Program-made: the position numbers and the translations under genes
In this document: in pieces, positions 1-8,415 of the stretch
Layout of the letters: each line of letters starts with the position of its first letter
Numbering within the stretch: the first letter of the stretch is position 1
Source of the DNA: a virus
Lineage: Duplodnaviria; Caudoviricetes
Length of the DNA stretch: 57,489 bases
Direction: 5' to 3' (one strand)
IMG/VR virus record: IMGVR_UViG_3300022745_000039
Coordinates: 1 to 57,489 of that record
The notes under the pieces: generated by a model
The model's database searches: none
Seen by the model: the letters and a program-made list of their open reading frames with translations, nothing else
Told to the model about the DNA's origin: nothing

Positions 1-58
1 AACAAGGGACAATTCCCACAACACTGCGTTCGATGCGTGTCGCTCTGCGACACGATGT

Positions 59-301
59 AAGGGACTCCAAGTACTTAGTCGGAGACGAATCCGAACCACC
101 CCCGTCGTTTTCAGCACCCCTGGAGGGGTGTTGGCGCGACTAGATTCACACAAAATTCTCAGTTCTTCGTCCCAAGAAACGATCTATATCGTTTCTCAGT
201 TCTAAGTTCTCAGTTCTAAGTCCTTCGTTCTTCGTCTCCCAGCCCCAAGGGACTCCAACCTCAATACAAAATTCCCCGCACCCCCACCCCCGTCTTTTTC
301 T
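59..301. repeat. Degenerate ~55-bp direct repeat pair (59-112 and 247-300) in the non-coding region upstream of terS
   Basis: AAGGGACTCCAA at 59-70 and 247-258; CCACCCCCGTC(G/T)TTTTC at 96-112 and 284-300; both copies keep the same 37-bp internal offset. Confidence 0.75.
193..234 (+). repeat. Tandem heptamer array, candidate packaging/terminus-associated short repeats
   Basis: TTCTCAG TTCTAAG TTCTCAG TTCTAAG TCCTTCG TTCTTCG; two more units at 156-169; hairpin AGAAACGAT-ctat-ATCGTTTCT at 175-196. Confidence 0.8.
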
Positions 302-341
302 CAACGGACTTCGTCTATAAAAAATTAAAAATTTTTGGGAG

Positions 342-371
342 ACTCTTCTACAATCGCACGCAATCTAACGG
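342..371 (+). promoter_or_regulatory. Tandem decamer array (putative regulator binding site)
   Basis: ACTCTTCTAC AATCGCACGC AATCTAACGG running into the GGAG RBS of the ORF at 380. Confidence 0.6.
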
Positions 372-379
372 AGCAGCGC

Positions 380-607
380 ATGAAGGAACTCAGCATCATC
401 AAACGCATGGCCGCGTTCATAGAAGGCGTTGTTCAGTCCACCAAACAAGCACCCAAGGCCATCGTCATCTCACAAGCGCAGTTCGAAGAACTCTGTGCAG
501 AGATCGGAAAAACGCCGGACGAGATTGAGTACGGGGCTTTCTGGGGCATTCCGCTCGTCGTAGACACTGGAGAGAGCAATGGCGCGTCGTCCATCCAAAG
601 TCACTGA
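380..607 (+). CDS. Hypothetical protein
   Basis: ATG at 380 with GGAG RBS; overlaps the terS start. Confidence 0.65.
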   Translation: MKELSIIKRMAAFIEGVVQSTKQAPKAIVISQAQFEELCAEIGKTPDEIEYGAFWGIPLVVDTGESNGASSIQSH

Positions 608-1034
608 GAAGCAGCAGGCCTACGTGAACAGCATCATGGAGGGCAAGACCAAGAGCGCAGCTGCCAAGAGTGCTGGCTACATCAACCCAGAGCCGCTGGA
701 GGCCAGTGAGACCGTCAAGCGTGAGCTGGCACTGGCCCGTGAGCAGATGACGGACCTCACCAAGATCACACGCCTCACCACCATCGACGGCATCCTGGAC
801 GGCATTGCACTGGCACGCATGCAAGGTGACGCGGGCAACGTGATCAAGGGCTGGACCGAGATTGCCAAGATCCAGGGTCACTACGCACCAGAGGTCAAGA
901 CCATCAACGTGAACATGAACCAGCAGCGCCTGCGTACCAAGTTCGAAGCACTCAGCGACGAAGAGCTGTTGGCCATCCAGAACGGACAAGTAATTGATGT
1001 CGACGCCCAAGAAATCCCCGAGCAAAAACACTAA
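579..1034 (+). CDS. terS: Terminase small subunit
   Basis: N-terminal HTH-like TEKQQAYV...KSAAAKSAGY typical of TerS; immediately upstream of TerL. Confidence 0.85.
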   Translation: MARRPSKVTEKQQAYVNSIMEGKTKSAAAKSAGYINPEPLEASETVKRELALAREQMTDLTKITRLTTIDGILDGIALARMQGDAGNVIKGWTEIAKIQGHYAPEVKTINVNMNQQRLRTKFEALSDEELLAIQNGQVIDVDAQEIPEQKH

Positions 1035-3717
1035 GTACGTCTGTCGGGTCTGCAGCGAGAAGAAGTCGCCCACGCGCTTCCTGCCTGACGACCCCTACAC
1101 GTGCACCGACTGTCTGGCCCACGCCCAGGCCAACGACGATTTTGAGCGCCTGCTGGCCCTGGACGAGGCCTCAGAGGTCTCCAAAGCACCCAAAAAGCGC
1201 ACGCCGAGCCTCAAAATCACCGCTCTGCCGCCTGAACCCGACGTAACCCCGCTCAACCCCTCAAACAACCCCACGGCGGACCTGTACGAAGCCCCGAAAA
1301 CGGGCGCTGGAGACGTTTTCGTGTCTCCGCCCACCGAGGTACAGCCCTGGCAGCAGGAAATGGCGGCACGGACCCTGGCACGGCGTCGTTTGCTGCCTTT
1401 TATCAAGCGCTTCAAGCCCAAATACGACGCTGGATGGGTCCATGAGGACATCTGCAGGCGCCTGGAGAAGTTCGTCAAGGACGTGGAGGACGGCAAGGAG
1501 CCTCGGCTGCTGCTCATGATGCCGGTGCGTCATGGCAAAAGTGAGATTGCCAGCCGTCACTTTGCGCCCTGGGTGCTAGGCAAGCACCCAGACTGGGAAA
1601 TCATCGCCGCTTCGGGCGCGCAGAGCCTCGCCATGAGCTTTTCGCGCTACATCCGAGACCTCGTACGCGATCCGGCGTACCAAGCGCTGTATCCGAACAT
1701 GCGCCTGGACGCCTCCAGCCAGAGCGTGGAGAACTGGAACACGACCTACGGCGGTGGCTACCTCGCTGCCGGTATCGGCACCATGATCACCGGTCGCGGT
1801 GCGCACATCTTGGTCATTGATGACCCCGTGAAGGACGCCGAAGCGGCGGACTCAGCCGTCATCCGTGACAGCACGTGGGAGTGGTACATGTCCACGGCCT
1901 ATACGCGCTTGGCTCCTGGTGGCGGCGTGCTGGGCATCATGTGCATGACCGGCGACACACCGGTCATGCTGGCGGACGGGACGTACACACGCCTGGATTC
2001 GCTGTGCGCAGGGCAGTCCATAGCCACCTATGCACGCGGCTCGCTCGCTCGCACGACGGTATCGGCGGTCAAGTCAAGTGGTCGTGATTTAGTCTATCGT
2101 GTTCTAATGAGGTCTGGTAAAGTCGTTAGAGCCAATCAGAGGCACCCATTCCTCACGGTGGCCGCTAACGGAGAAGTATCGTGGACCCGCTTAAAGCATC
2201 TGACATCGACCCATCGAATCGCAACCTTAAAGGACAGTGGGGCAAGTGGCGAGGCGTTACGTGCGCTTCGCCAGGGTGCGATAAGCCTGCAACGTGTCGA
2301 GGACTTTGCTCAAGTCACTATGCCAAGCAGCGCTGGGCGTCCGGCAAGCGCTCAGCCAGCGCCACATTCGAGCCGCGCCGCAACGCCCGCCTCAAGCACC
2401 GCTACGGCATCACCGCAGCGGACTACGACGCTATGTACGAAGCTCAAGGCGGCTGTTGCGCGATTTGCCGCAAGCATGCCGAAGCTGGGAACGCGCCTGG
2501 GCACTGGAAGCACAAGCTCGCAGTCGACCACTGCCACGACACCGGCAAAGTCCGTGGACTCCTGTGCAACGACTGCAACGCAGGAATCGGACACCTTGGT
2601 GCTGAGTCAGTGGCACTTGCCGCCGCTCGGTATCTCCGACTTCACGCTGGAGCACGTAGTAAGCGTTGAGCCTGACGGCGAAGAAGAGGTCTTCGACGTC
2701 CAGGTCAACGAGACCGAGAACTTCATCGCCAACGGCCTAGTGAGCCACAACACGTGGTGGAACGAAGATGACTGGGCAGGGCGGATTCAGCAAGTCATGG
2801 CAACCGGCGACGGCGACAAGTTCGAGATCGTGAAGTACCCCGCTATCAACGACCAGGGCGACGAGTACATCCTGCCGGACGACAGCATCGCGCAGATCAC
2901 CCCAGGTGCTCCGGTGCCCGAGGGCAGCAGGCTCACACGCCTTATGAACACGGCGCTGCACCCAGCACGCTATACGCTGGAGATGCTGATAAAGCGCAAG
3001 AGCAACTACTACGCGCTCGGGCAGCAGCGCTGGTGGTCGGCGCTCTTTCAGCAGAACCCAGCGCCGGAAGAGGGCGCGTTCTTCACGAAAGAGATGTTCG
3101 TGGACTACACGCACCCGCCCAAGCGCGACGGGCTTACGGTGTATCAGGCCTGGGACTTCGCCATCACGGAGAAGCAGGCCAGTGACTGGACCGTCGGGAT
3201 CACGGGCATCGTGGATGAGTACGACACGCTCTACATCCTGGACGTATGGCGCTTCAAGACAGAGGACGGCATCGAGCTGGGCACGGCGATCATGACCTAT
3301 GCCCGCACGTGGAACTGCGACCTGCTGGCGGTCGAAGACGGCCAGATCTGGAAGTCGATCAAGGCCAACTTCGAGAAGGCCTGCTCGGACGCCGCGTATT
3401 ACCCGTCGTACGAGGTGATCGTGCCGCTGACGGACAAGCGCACCCGCGCACAGCCTGCGCGTGGGCGCATGCAGCAGAAGAAGATCCAGTTCCCCGTGCG
3501 TGCGCCCTGGTACGAGACGTTCAAGAACGAGATGCTGCGCTTTCAGGCCGGTGGCAAGCACGACGACCAAGTGGATGCGCTGGCGCACCTCACACGGCTG
3601 GTCACCACGAAGGCCGCACCGCGAGGTCCGAAAAAGCAGAAGGCGCTCGAAGGGGACTGGAAGAAGAAGCTGCGCATGCGGCTGCTTGGCGGTGGCGGCT
3701 CGTCGATGGCTTCTTAA
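994..3717 (+). CDS. terL: Terminase large subunit containing an intein
   Basis: Walker A region MPVRHGKSE, Walker B ILVIDDPVK, nuclease motifs AWDFA and KHDDQVDA; N-terminal CxxC...CxxC extension; start may be ATG at 997. Confidence 0.95.
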   Translation: MMSTPKKSPSKNTKYVCRVCSEKKSPTRFLPDDPYTCTDCLAHAQANDDFERLLALDEASEVSKAPKKRTPSLKITALPPEPDVTPLNPSNNPTADLYEAPKTGAGDVFVSPPTEVQPWQQEMAARTLARRRLLPFIKRFKPKYDAGWVHEDICRRLEKFVKDVEDGKEPRLLLMMPVRHGKSEIASRHFAPWVLGKHPDWEIIAASGAQSLAMSFSRYIRDLVRDPAYQALYPNMRLDASSQSVENWNTTYGGGYLAAGIGTMITGRGAHILVIDDPVKDAEAADSAVIRDSTWEWYMSTAYTRLAPGGGVLGIMCMTGDTPVMLADGTYTRLDSLCAGQSIATYARGSLARTTVSAVKSSGRDLVYRVLMRSGKVVRANQRHPFLTVAANGEVSWTRLKHLTSTHRIATLKDSGASGEALRALRQGAISLQRVEDFAQVTMPSSAGRPASAQPAPHSSRAATPASSTATASPQRTTTLCTKLKAAVARFAASMPKLGTRLGTGSTSSQSTTATTPAKSVDSCATTATQESDTLVLSQWHLPPLGISDFTLEHVVSVEPDGEEEVFDVQVNETENFIANGLVSHNTWWNEDDWAGRIQQVMATGDGDKFEIVKYPAINDQGDEYILPDDSIAQITPGAPVPEGSRLTRLMNTALHPARYTLEMLIKRKSNYYALGQQRWWSALFQQNPAPEEGAFFTKEMFVDYTHPPKRDGLTVYQAWDFAITEKQASDWTVGITGIVDEYDTLYILDVWRFKTEDGIELGTAIMTYARTWNCDLLAVEDGQIWKSIKANFEKACSDAAYYPSYEVIVPLTDKRTRAQPARGRMQQKKIQFPVRAPWYETFKNEMLRFQAGGKHDDQVDALAHLTRLVTTKAAPRGPKKQKALEGDWKKKLRMRLLGGGGSSMAS
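1942..2751 (+). mobile_element. Intein (270 aa) in TerL
   Basis: Starts CMTGDT (block A), RANQRHPF (block B His), EEVFDVQV (block F), ends FIANGLVSHN with Thr as +1 residue; removing it restores GVLGIM-TWWNEDD, the terminase motif III context. Confidence 0.95.
2181..2669 (+). CDS. Endonuclease VII-family (HNH-like) homing endonuclease nested out of frame in the intein
   Basis: LKHRYGITAADYDAMYEAQGGCCAIC...LAVDHCHDTGKVRGLLCNDCNAGIG is the EndoVII signature; N-terminal CxxxGC...GLCxxHY; GTG start with GGAGA RBS; frame offset 2 relative to terL. Confidence 0.9.
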   Translation: MDPLKASDIDPSNRNLKGQWGKWRGVTCASPGCDKPATCRGLCSSHYAKQRWASGKRSASATFEPRRNARLKHRYGITAADYDAMYEAQGGCCAICRKHAEAGNAPGHWKHKLAVDHCHDTGKVRGLLCNDCNAGIGHLGAESVALAAARYLRLHAGARSKR

Positions 3718-3756
3718 ATCTGACGTACTCTGATATATTCGCAGTCAATCTCAGAC
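3717..3756 (+). promoter_or_regulatory. Tandem decamer array, 4 units
   Basis: AATCTGACGT ACTCTGATAT ATTCGCAGTC AATCTCAGAC filling the gap between terL and the next RBS. Confidence 0.7.
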
Positions 3757-3769
3757 ATGGAGACCACTC

Positions 3770-4042
3770 ATGGCAAACATCCTCACGGTCGGCAACACGT
3801 CGGCGCAGTCCACAGACTTCACACTTGCTGGAGAGTCTTCTAGTCTTTTTCTGGTGGCAAACCAGACCGGCTCGGTCGACTCTGGCAGCGTCGTGCTCAT
3901 TGAGATCAAGTCGGCCAGCGGCTTTTACTACCCCGTCGGACGCCTGGACGCCGCCACACCGCTGCAGGTGCTCATCGGCCCTGGCACCTACCGCGTCAAC
4001 CGCCCCGCACAGACCGCCAACGTAGGCGTGGACCGCGTCTAA
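3770..4042 (+). CDS. Small beta-rich virion protein (putative spike base)
   Basis: GGAG RBS; beta-strand-rich sequence; directly precedes the spike gene. Confidence 0.65.
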   Translation: MANILTVGNTSAQSTDFTLAGESSSLFLVANQTGSVDSGSVVLIEIKSASGFYYPVGRLDAATPLQVLIGPGTYRVNRPAQTANVGVDRV

Positions 4043-4045
4043 GTC

Positions 4046-5977
4046 ATGGCGTACACCGGCTACCGTGGTCGCACCAGCGCCGCGCTGATTCCACAGACCT
4101 CGCTGCAGCAGCCTCGTCCGTTTCAGCCTGGGCTGAAGCAGTTCGCACTCAGTTTTGTGTCCGAGGTGGTCAGCACGCTGCTCACGCGCTCACGCAAGCT
4201 GGGCCTGAACTTCCTCGGTGGCTCCCCCTCGACCCTCGACCCCCGCATTACTTTCACCCGCGCCGACGCCACAAGCTGTGCCACGTACTTTGACAGCACA
4301 GGACGGCTGCAGACGGCGGCGGCTAACGTGCCCCGCTTCGACTACGACCCCACATCCGTAATTGCACAGAACTTGTGCCAGCAGTCGGAGTCACTGCCGA
4401 ACTACCAGCTTGTCTCTGGTAGTTCCAACGGTATTACCATAGCTAACGTAGGGTCTGGTACAGACGCCAACGGACCATACTCAGACTACCGTATCAGCGG
4501 CACAGCTACAGGGGCGGCGTTCCCATACGTTCGGTTTGTGCAGACCGCTATCACCCCAATAAGTGTTGGCATGTCTGCTAGTTGTGGATTTACGGCCAAA
4601 GTAATTGCAGGGTCTAGTCCTAAAAATCTAGTGTTGTCCTCCCAAGGGTTGTCCATTGCAGACGCGTTTACTGAGACTATTGGAGTATCTAAAACTATTG
4701 CACAGGATGGGTCAACTCAGTTTTACTCAACCACTGGCTCCCCTGTAAATGCTACCACTGCCCGGTTTAATTTTCTATTTACTGCCACCTACGCAGCCAG
4801 CGATGTGGTGGATGTGACAGTGCGTATCTGGCGTCCACAGGCCAACTACGGTTCTACGCTCTTGGCGTATTACCCGACAACCGGAACACCATACACGCAG
4901 TGTGCACCCCGTGGCCTGCTGATCGAAGAATCGCGGACGAATTTGCTGAATTTCAGCAACTCGTGGGGGAACAATGGCGGTGCTTCGGCGGCTACCCAAG
5001 TGCAGAATGCCGTAGGACCAGACGGGACTACTAACTCTGCCTACACGGTGACCGAATCTGCGACCTTGGCAAACCAGTACGGCTTTGCTGGTAACACGGC
5101 CACGCTTACCGCAGTAGTAAACACAGCAAGCGCATTCGTCAAAGCAGGCACCAAGAACATTGTGCAGCTCTGCGTGTCGTCCACGCTCAGCACAGATTAC
5201 GCAAATTTCACCTTGTCCGGTAACGGAACAATAAACCAAGCGACCACACCAGCCAACTGCACCATTACACCGCTTGGCTCAAGCGGCTGGTATCGCATAT
5301 CAATGTCGTTCACATCTCTGGCAGCGGCGGGCAACGTGGTGGTCGGCATGATCAACGCAACCACTGACACGCGCCTGTTGGCATACACGGGAACGGGAAA
5401 GACCATCATCGTCTACGGTGCCCAGCTTGAACTCGGAGCCTTCCCCACCTCCTACATCCCCACAACCACCAGCACCGTAACCCGCTGGGCGGACAGCGCG
5501 GTGATGACAGGGACGAATTTCAGTTCTTGGTTTAACTACTCAGCAGGTGTGGGCACTGCTGCTGGTCCAGGAACATTCGTAGTTGAAGGTGATGCTGTGC
5601 AAAAAGCGGCTCAGCAGTCATTCTGTACGGTTGACAATGGCACCCTCAACGAGCGCATTGAGATCGCAATAAATTCAGCCGGCTTCCCGCGCACTCAAGT
5701 CCTATCAGGGGGCGTATCTCAAGCCGACCTGAATGGTGGTACTACCAAGTGGGGCGTTGTATTCAAAGAGACTACCGCATACGCAGCAGCCGACTTCCGA
5801 CAATTCATTGACGGGGTATCAGGTGGTACATCCGTAACGGGCACAACCCCTACGGTAGACCGGCTGGTAATAGGAAACCGCACGGCAAGTGGAGTTCAGC
5901 TCAACGGCCACATCCGCCGTATCGCGTACTACAACACCCGCTTGCCGGACGCCGTTCTTCAGGCGCTCACGAAATGA
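4046..5977 (+). CDS. Head spike/fiber protein with carbohydrate-binding and LamG-like domains
   Basis: TFTRA...ATYFD..G, PRFDYDP, RGLLIEESRTN, YGAQLELGAFPTSYIPTT and C-terminal LNGHIRRIAYYNTRL..A.LQALT motifs. Confidence 0.8.
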   Translation: MAYTGYRGRTSAALIPQTSLQQPRPFQPGLKQFALSFVSEVVSTLLTRSRKLGLNFLGGSPSTLDPRITFTRADATSCATYFDSTGRLQTAAANVPRFDYDPTSVIAQNLCQQSESLPNYQLVSGSSNGITIANVGSGTDANGPYSDYRISGTATGAAFPYVRFVQTAITPISVGMSASCGFTAKVIAGSSPKNLVLSSQGLSIADAFTETIGVSKTIAQDGSTQFYSTTGSPVNATTARFNFLFTATYAASDVVDVTVRIWRPQANYGSTLLAYYPTTGTPYTQCAPRGLLIEESRTNLLNFSNSWGNNGGASAATQVQNAVGPDGTTNSAYTVTESATLANQYGFAGNTATLTAVVNTASAFVKAGTKNIVQLCVSSTLSTDYANFTLSGNGTINQATTPANCTITPLGSSGWYRISMSFTSLAAAGNVVVGMINATTDTRLLAYTGTGKTIIVYGAQLELGAFPTSYIPTTTSTVTRWADSAVMTGTNFSSWFNYSAGVGTAAGPGTFVVEGDAVQKAAQQSFCTVDNGTLNERIEIAINSAGFPRTQVLSGGVSQADLNGGTTKWGVVFKETTAYAAADFRQFIDGVSGGTSVTGTTPTVDRLVIGNRTASGVQLNGHIRRIAYYNTRLPDAVLQALTK

Positions 5978-6237
5978 CAGAGCAAGAACACACAGCGCTC
6001 GAAGAGTCTCCGTTCTCCGTCACATTGGTGGATCTCCTGGTCGACGCCATCGTGGGGGTGGGCTTCCCGACCATCGCCATCGGCGTCGTGGCCGAGAAGG
6101 AGCACATGGCGTACTTCGCTGGCAACCAGCACGGTGAGAACTGGCGCTGGCGCAGAGAGAAGCTGGAGACGCTGTCTGAAGACAAGCTCCAGGCGCTCTA
6201 TCACAACCTCAAGGTAGCCCAACATGGCCGTCAATGA
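5974..6237 (+). CDS. Hypothetical protein
   Basis: ATGA coupling with the spike gene; phage-typical codon usage. Confidence 0.7.
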   Translation: MTEQEHTALEESPFSVTLVDLLVDAIVGVGFPTIAIGVVAEKEHMAYFAGNQHGENWRWRREKLETLSEDKLQALYHNLKVAQHGRQ

Positions 6238-8395
6238 CAAACTTGCCTCGGAGATCTGGTATCGCTTTCGCTGGTGCCTGGAGCGCGGTCACTACGACTT
6301 CTTGGCCAAGGCCGACAAGTGCGACAACTTCTTCGTCGGCAAGCAGTGGGAGGAAGCAGACCTCAACGCACTGAAGCTCGCCCGTCGTCCGGCACTCACC
6401 ATCAACAAGATCATCAGCACCATGAGCACGATCATGGGCGAGCAGATCTACAACCGCAACGAGATCACCTACCGTCCGGCAGGCGAGGGCGCCACCAGCG
6501 ACGTGGCAGATGCTCTGCAGAAGGTCTGGACACAGATCGCCCACCGCAACCAGATGAACTGGCTGCGCTCGGACGTGTTTGCCGACGGCATCATCCGCTC
6601 ACGTGGCTTCTACGACGTGCGCATGGACTTCAGCACGAACCTGCGTGGCGACGTGCGCATCCGCAACATGAACAGCAAGAACGTGGTCATTGACCCCGAC
6701 GCGGAGGAATACGACCCAGACGAGTGGAACGACTGCTTCGTTACGAAGTGGCTCACCTACCAGGACATCGCCACGCTGTACAACCAGAGCGACGCGGACT
6801 ACCTGAAGGACAAGGAAGAAAGCCTCTTCCCCTACGCCTACGACTCCATTGAGCGCGTGCGCGACCGCTTCGCTGGTCACCAGCTCGCAGGCAGCTACTA
6901 TGGCATGCAGGACACCGCCCACGTGCGCCGCAACATCCGCGTGATTGAGCGCCAGTACCGCCAGCTCGCCAGCCAGAAGCACTTCATTGACGTCCAGACC
7001 GGCGACACCCGCCCCGTGCCTGAGTCCTGGGACCGCAACCGCATCGCCGCCGTGCTGGAGCGCACCCAGGGCCAGCTCACAGTGCTGTCCAAGAAGGTCA
7101 AGCGCATCCGCTGGACGGTGACCGCAGACAACGTCGTGCTGCACGACGACTGGAGTCCATACAAGCACTTCACCGTGGTGCCGTACTTCCCGCACTTCCA
7201 CCACGGCCAGACCGTGGGCCTCGTGGAGAACCTGCTGAACCCGCAGGAGATGTTGAACAAGGTCAGCTCCCAGGAGCTGCACATCGTCAACACCAGCGCC
7301 AACAGCGGCTGGAAGGTGAAGAAGGGCACGCTGGTCAACATGGAGGTCGAAGACCTGCAGCAGGTCGGCGCCCAGACCGGCCTGGTTCTGGAGGTCACAG
7401 AGATCGACGGCGTCGAGAAGATCACGCCGAACAACACGCCGCAGGGCATGGACCGCATCAGCTACAAGTCCGAAGAGCACATGAAGACGATCAGTGGCGT
7501 CTCGGACAGCATGCAGGGCATGGACCGTGAGGACGTGGCCGCGAAGGCGATCACAGCCAAGCGCCAGTCCGGCCAAGCCAACCTCGTGCGCGTGATGGAC
7601 AACCTGGAGCGCAGTGACTTCATCCTGGCGCGTAACGTGCTGGACCTGATTCAGGAGTTCTACACCGAAGAGCGCCTTGTGCACGTGATCCACTCGGATC
7701 TGCAGCGCGAGGCTGAGACGATCATCGTCAACCAGTACGACCCTGCCAGTGACGAGATCCTGAACGACCTGACGCTGGGTGAGTACAGCGTGGTTGTGAC
7801 CTCCACACCGGATCGCGCCAGCCTTGAGGACAGCCAGTTCGAGCATGCCAAGGAGCTGCGCGAGCTGGGTGTGCCGATTCCTGACGACGTCCTCATCGAG
7901 AACAGCAAGCTCCTGCGCCGTAGCGAAGTGGTCAAGGCCATCAAGGAGGCGCAGAACTCGCCCGAGGCGCAGCAGAAGGAACAGCTCAACATGCGTGCGC
8001 TGGAGGCCAACGTCTCCAAGCTCGAAGGCGAAGCCGTCGAGAAGCACACGAAGAGCGCGCTGGATCAGGCCCGCGCCCAGAAAGAAGGCGAAGAGGCCCG
8101 TCGCATGATGACAGGCGAGGGCGACGCTGCCGAGATGGAGAAGGCCCAGCAGGAGATGGAGCTGGAGCGTCAGCGCATGGCGATGGAGCAGGAGAAGGCC
8201 GCGATGGACCTGGACTTCAAGCGTCAGGAGATGGCTATGAAGCTCCAGTTCATGCGTGAGAGCCACGAGATGGACATGCAGATCAAGCAGCAGGACGCCG
8301 AGCAGCGCCGCCAGCAGATGCAGCAGCAGGCCTACGCACAGCGCGAGAAGGCTGAGGCCGCTGGCCCAGCGGGCGGCGACAGCGACAACATTTAA
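6224..8395 (+). CDS. Portal protein (P22/N4-like, with C-terminal coiled-coil barrel)
   Basis: GKQW...RPALTINKI, VVIDPDA, GLVENLLNPQEMLNK motifs; long Q/E/M-rich helical C-terminus; position after terminase. Confidence 0.9.
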   Translation: MAVNDKLASEIWYRFRWCLERGHYDFLAKADKCDNFFVGKQWEEADLNALKLARRPALTINKIISTMSTIMGEQIYNRNEITYRPAGEGATSDVADALQKVWTQIAHRNQMNWLRSDVFADGIIRSRGFYDVRMDFSTNLRGDVRIRNMNSKNVVIDPDAEEYDPDEWNDCFVTKWLTYQDIATLYNQSDADYLKDKEESLFPYAYDSIERVRDRFAGHQLAGSYYGMQDTAHVRRNIRVIERQYRQLASQKHFIDVQTGDTRPVPESWDRNRIAAVLERTQGQLTVLSKKVKRIRWTVTADNVVLHDDWSPYKHFTVVPYFPHFHHGQTVGLVENLLNPQEMLNKVSSQELHIVNTSANSGWKVKKGTLVNMEVEDLQQVGAQTGLVLEVTEIDGVEKITPNNTPQGMDRISYKSEEHMKTISGVSDSMQGMDREDVAAKAITAKRQSGQANLVRVMDNLERSDFILARNVLDLIQEFYTEERLVHVIHSDLQREAETIIVNQYDPASDEILNDLTLGEYSVVVTSTPDRASLEDSQFEHAKELRELGVPIPDDVLIENSKLLRRSEVVKAIKEAQNSPEAQQKEQLNMRALEANVSKLEGEAVEKHTKSALDQARAQKEGEEARRMMTGEGDAAEMEKAQQEMELERQRMAMEQEKAAMDLDFKRQEMAMKLQFMRESHEMDMQIKQQDAEQRRQQMQQQAYAQREKAEAAGPAGGDSDNI

Positions 8396-8415
8396 CCACC
8401 ACCAGGAGCATTGAA

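Noticed and set aside
156-234. CRISPR array
   Set aside because: 7-bp tandem units without spacers; no repeat-spacer structure seen anywhere in the window
2181-2669. Sequencing frameshifts as the explanation for the out-of-frame endonuclease
   Set aside because: It would need two compensating errors; the nested ORF has its own RBS, start and stop, and the terL frame is uninterrupted. Read inspection would settle it
4046-5977. Diversity-generating retroelement target
   Set aside because: No reverse transcriptase and no template/variable repeat pair found
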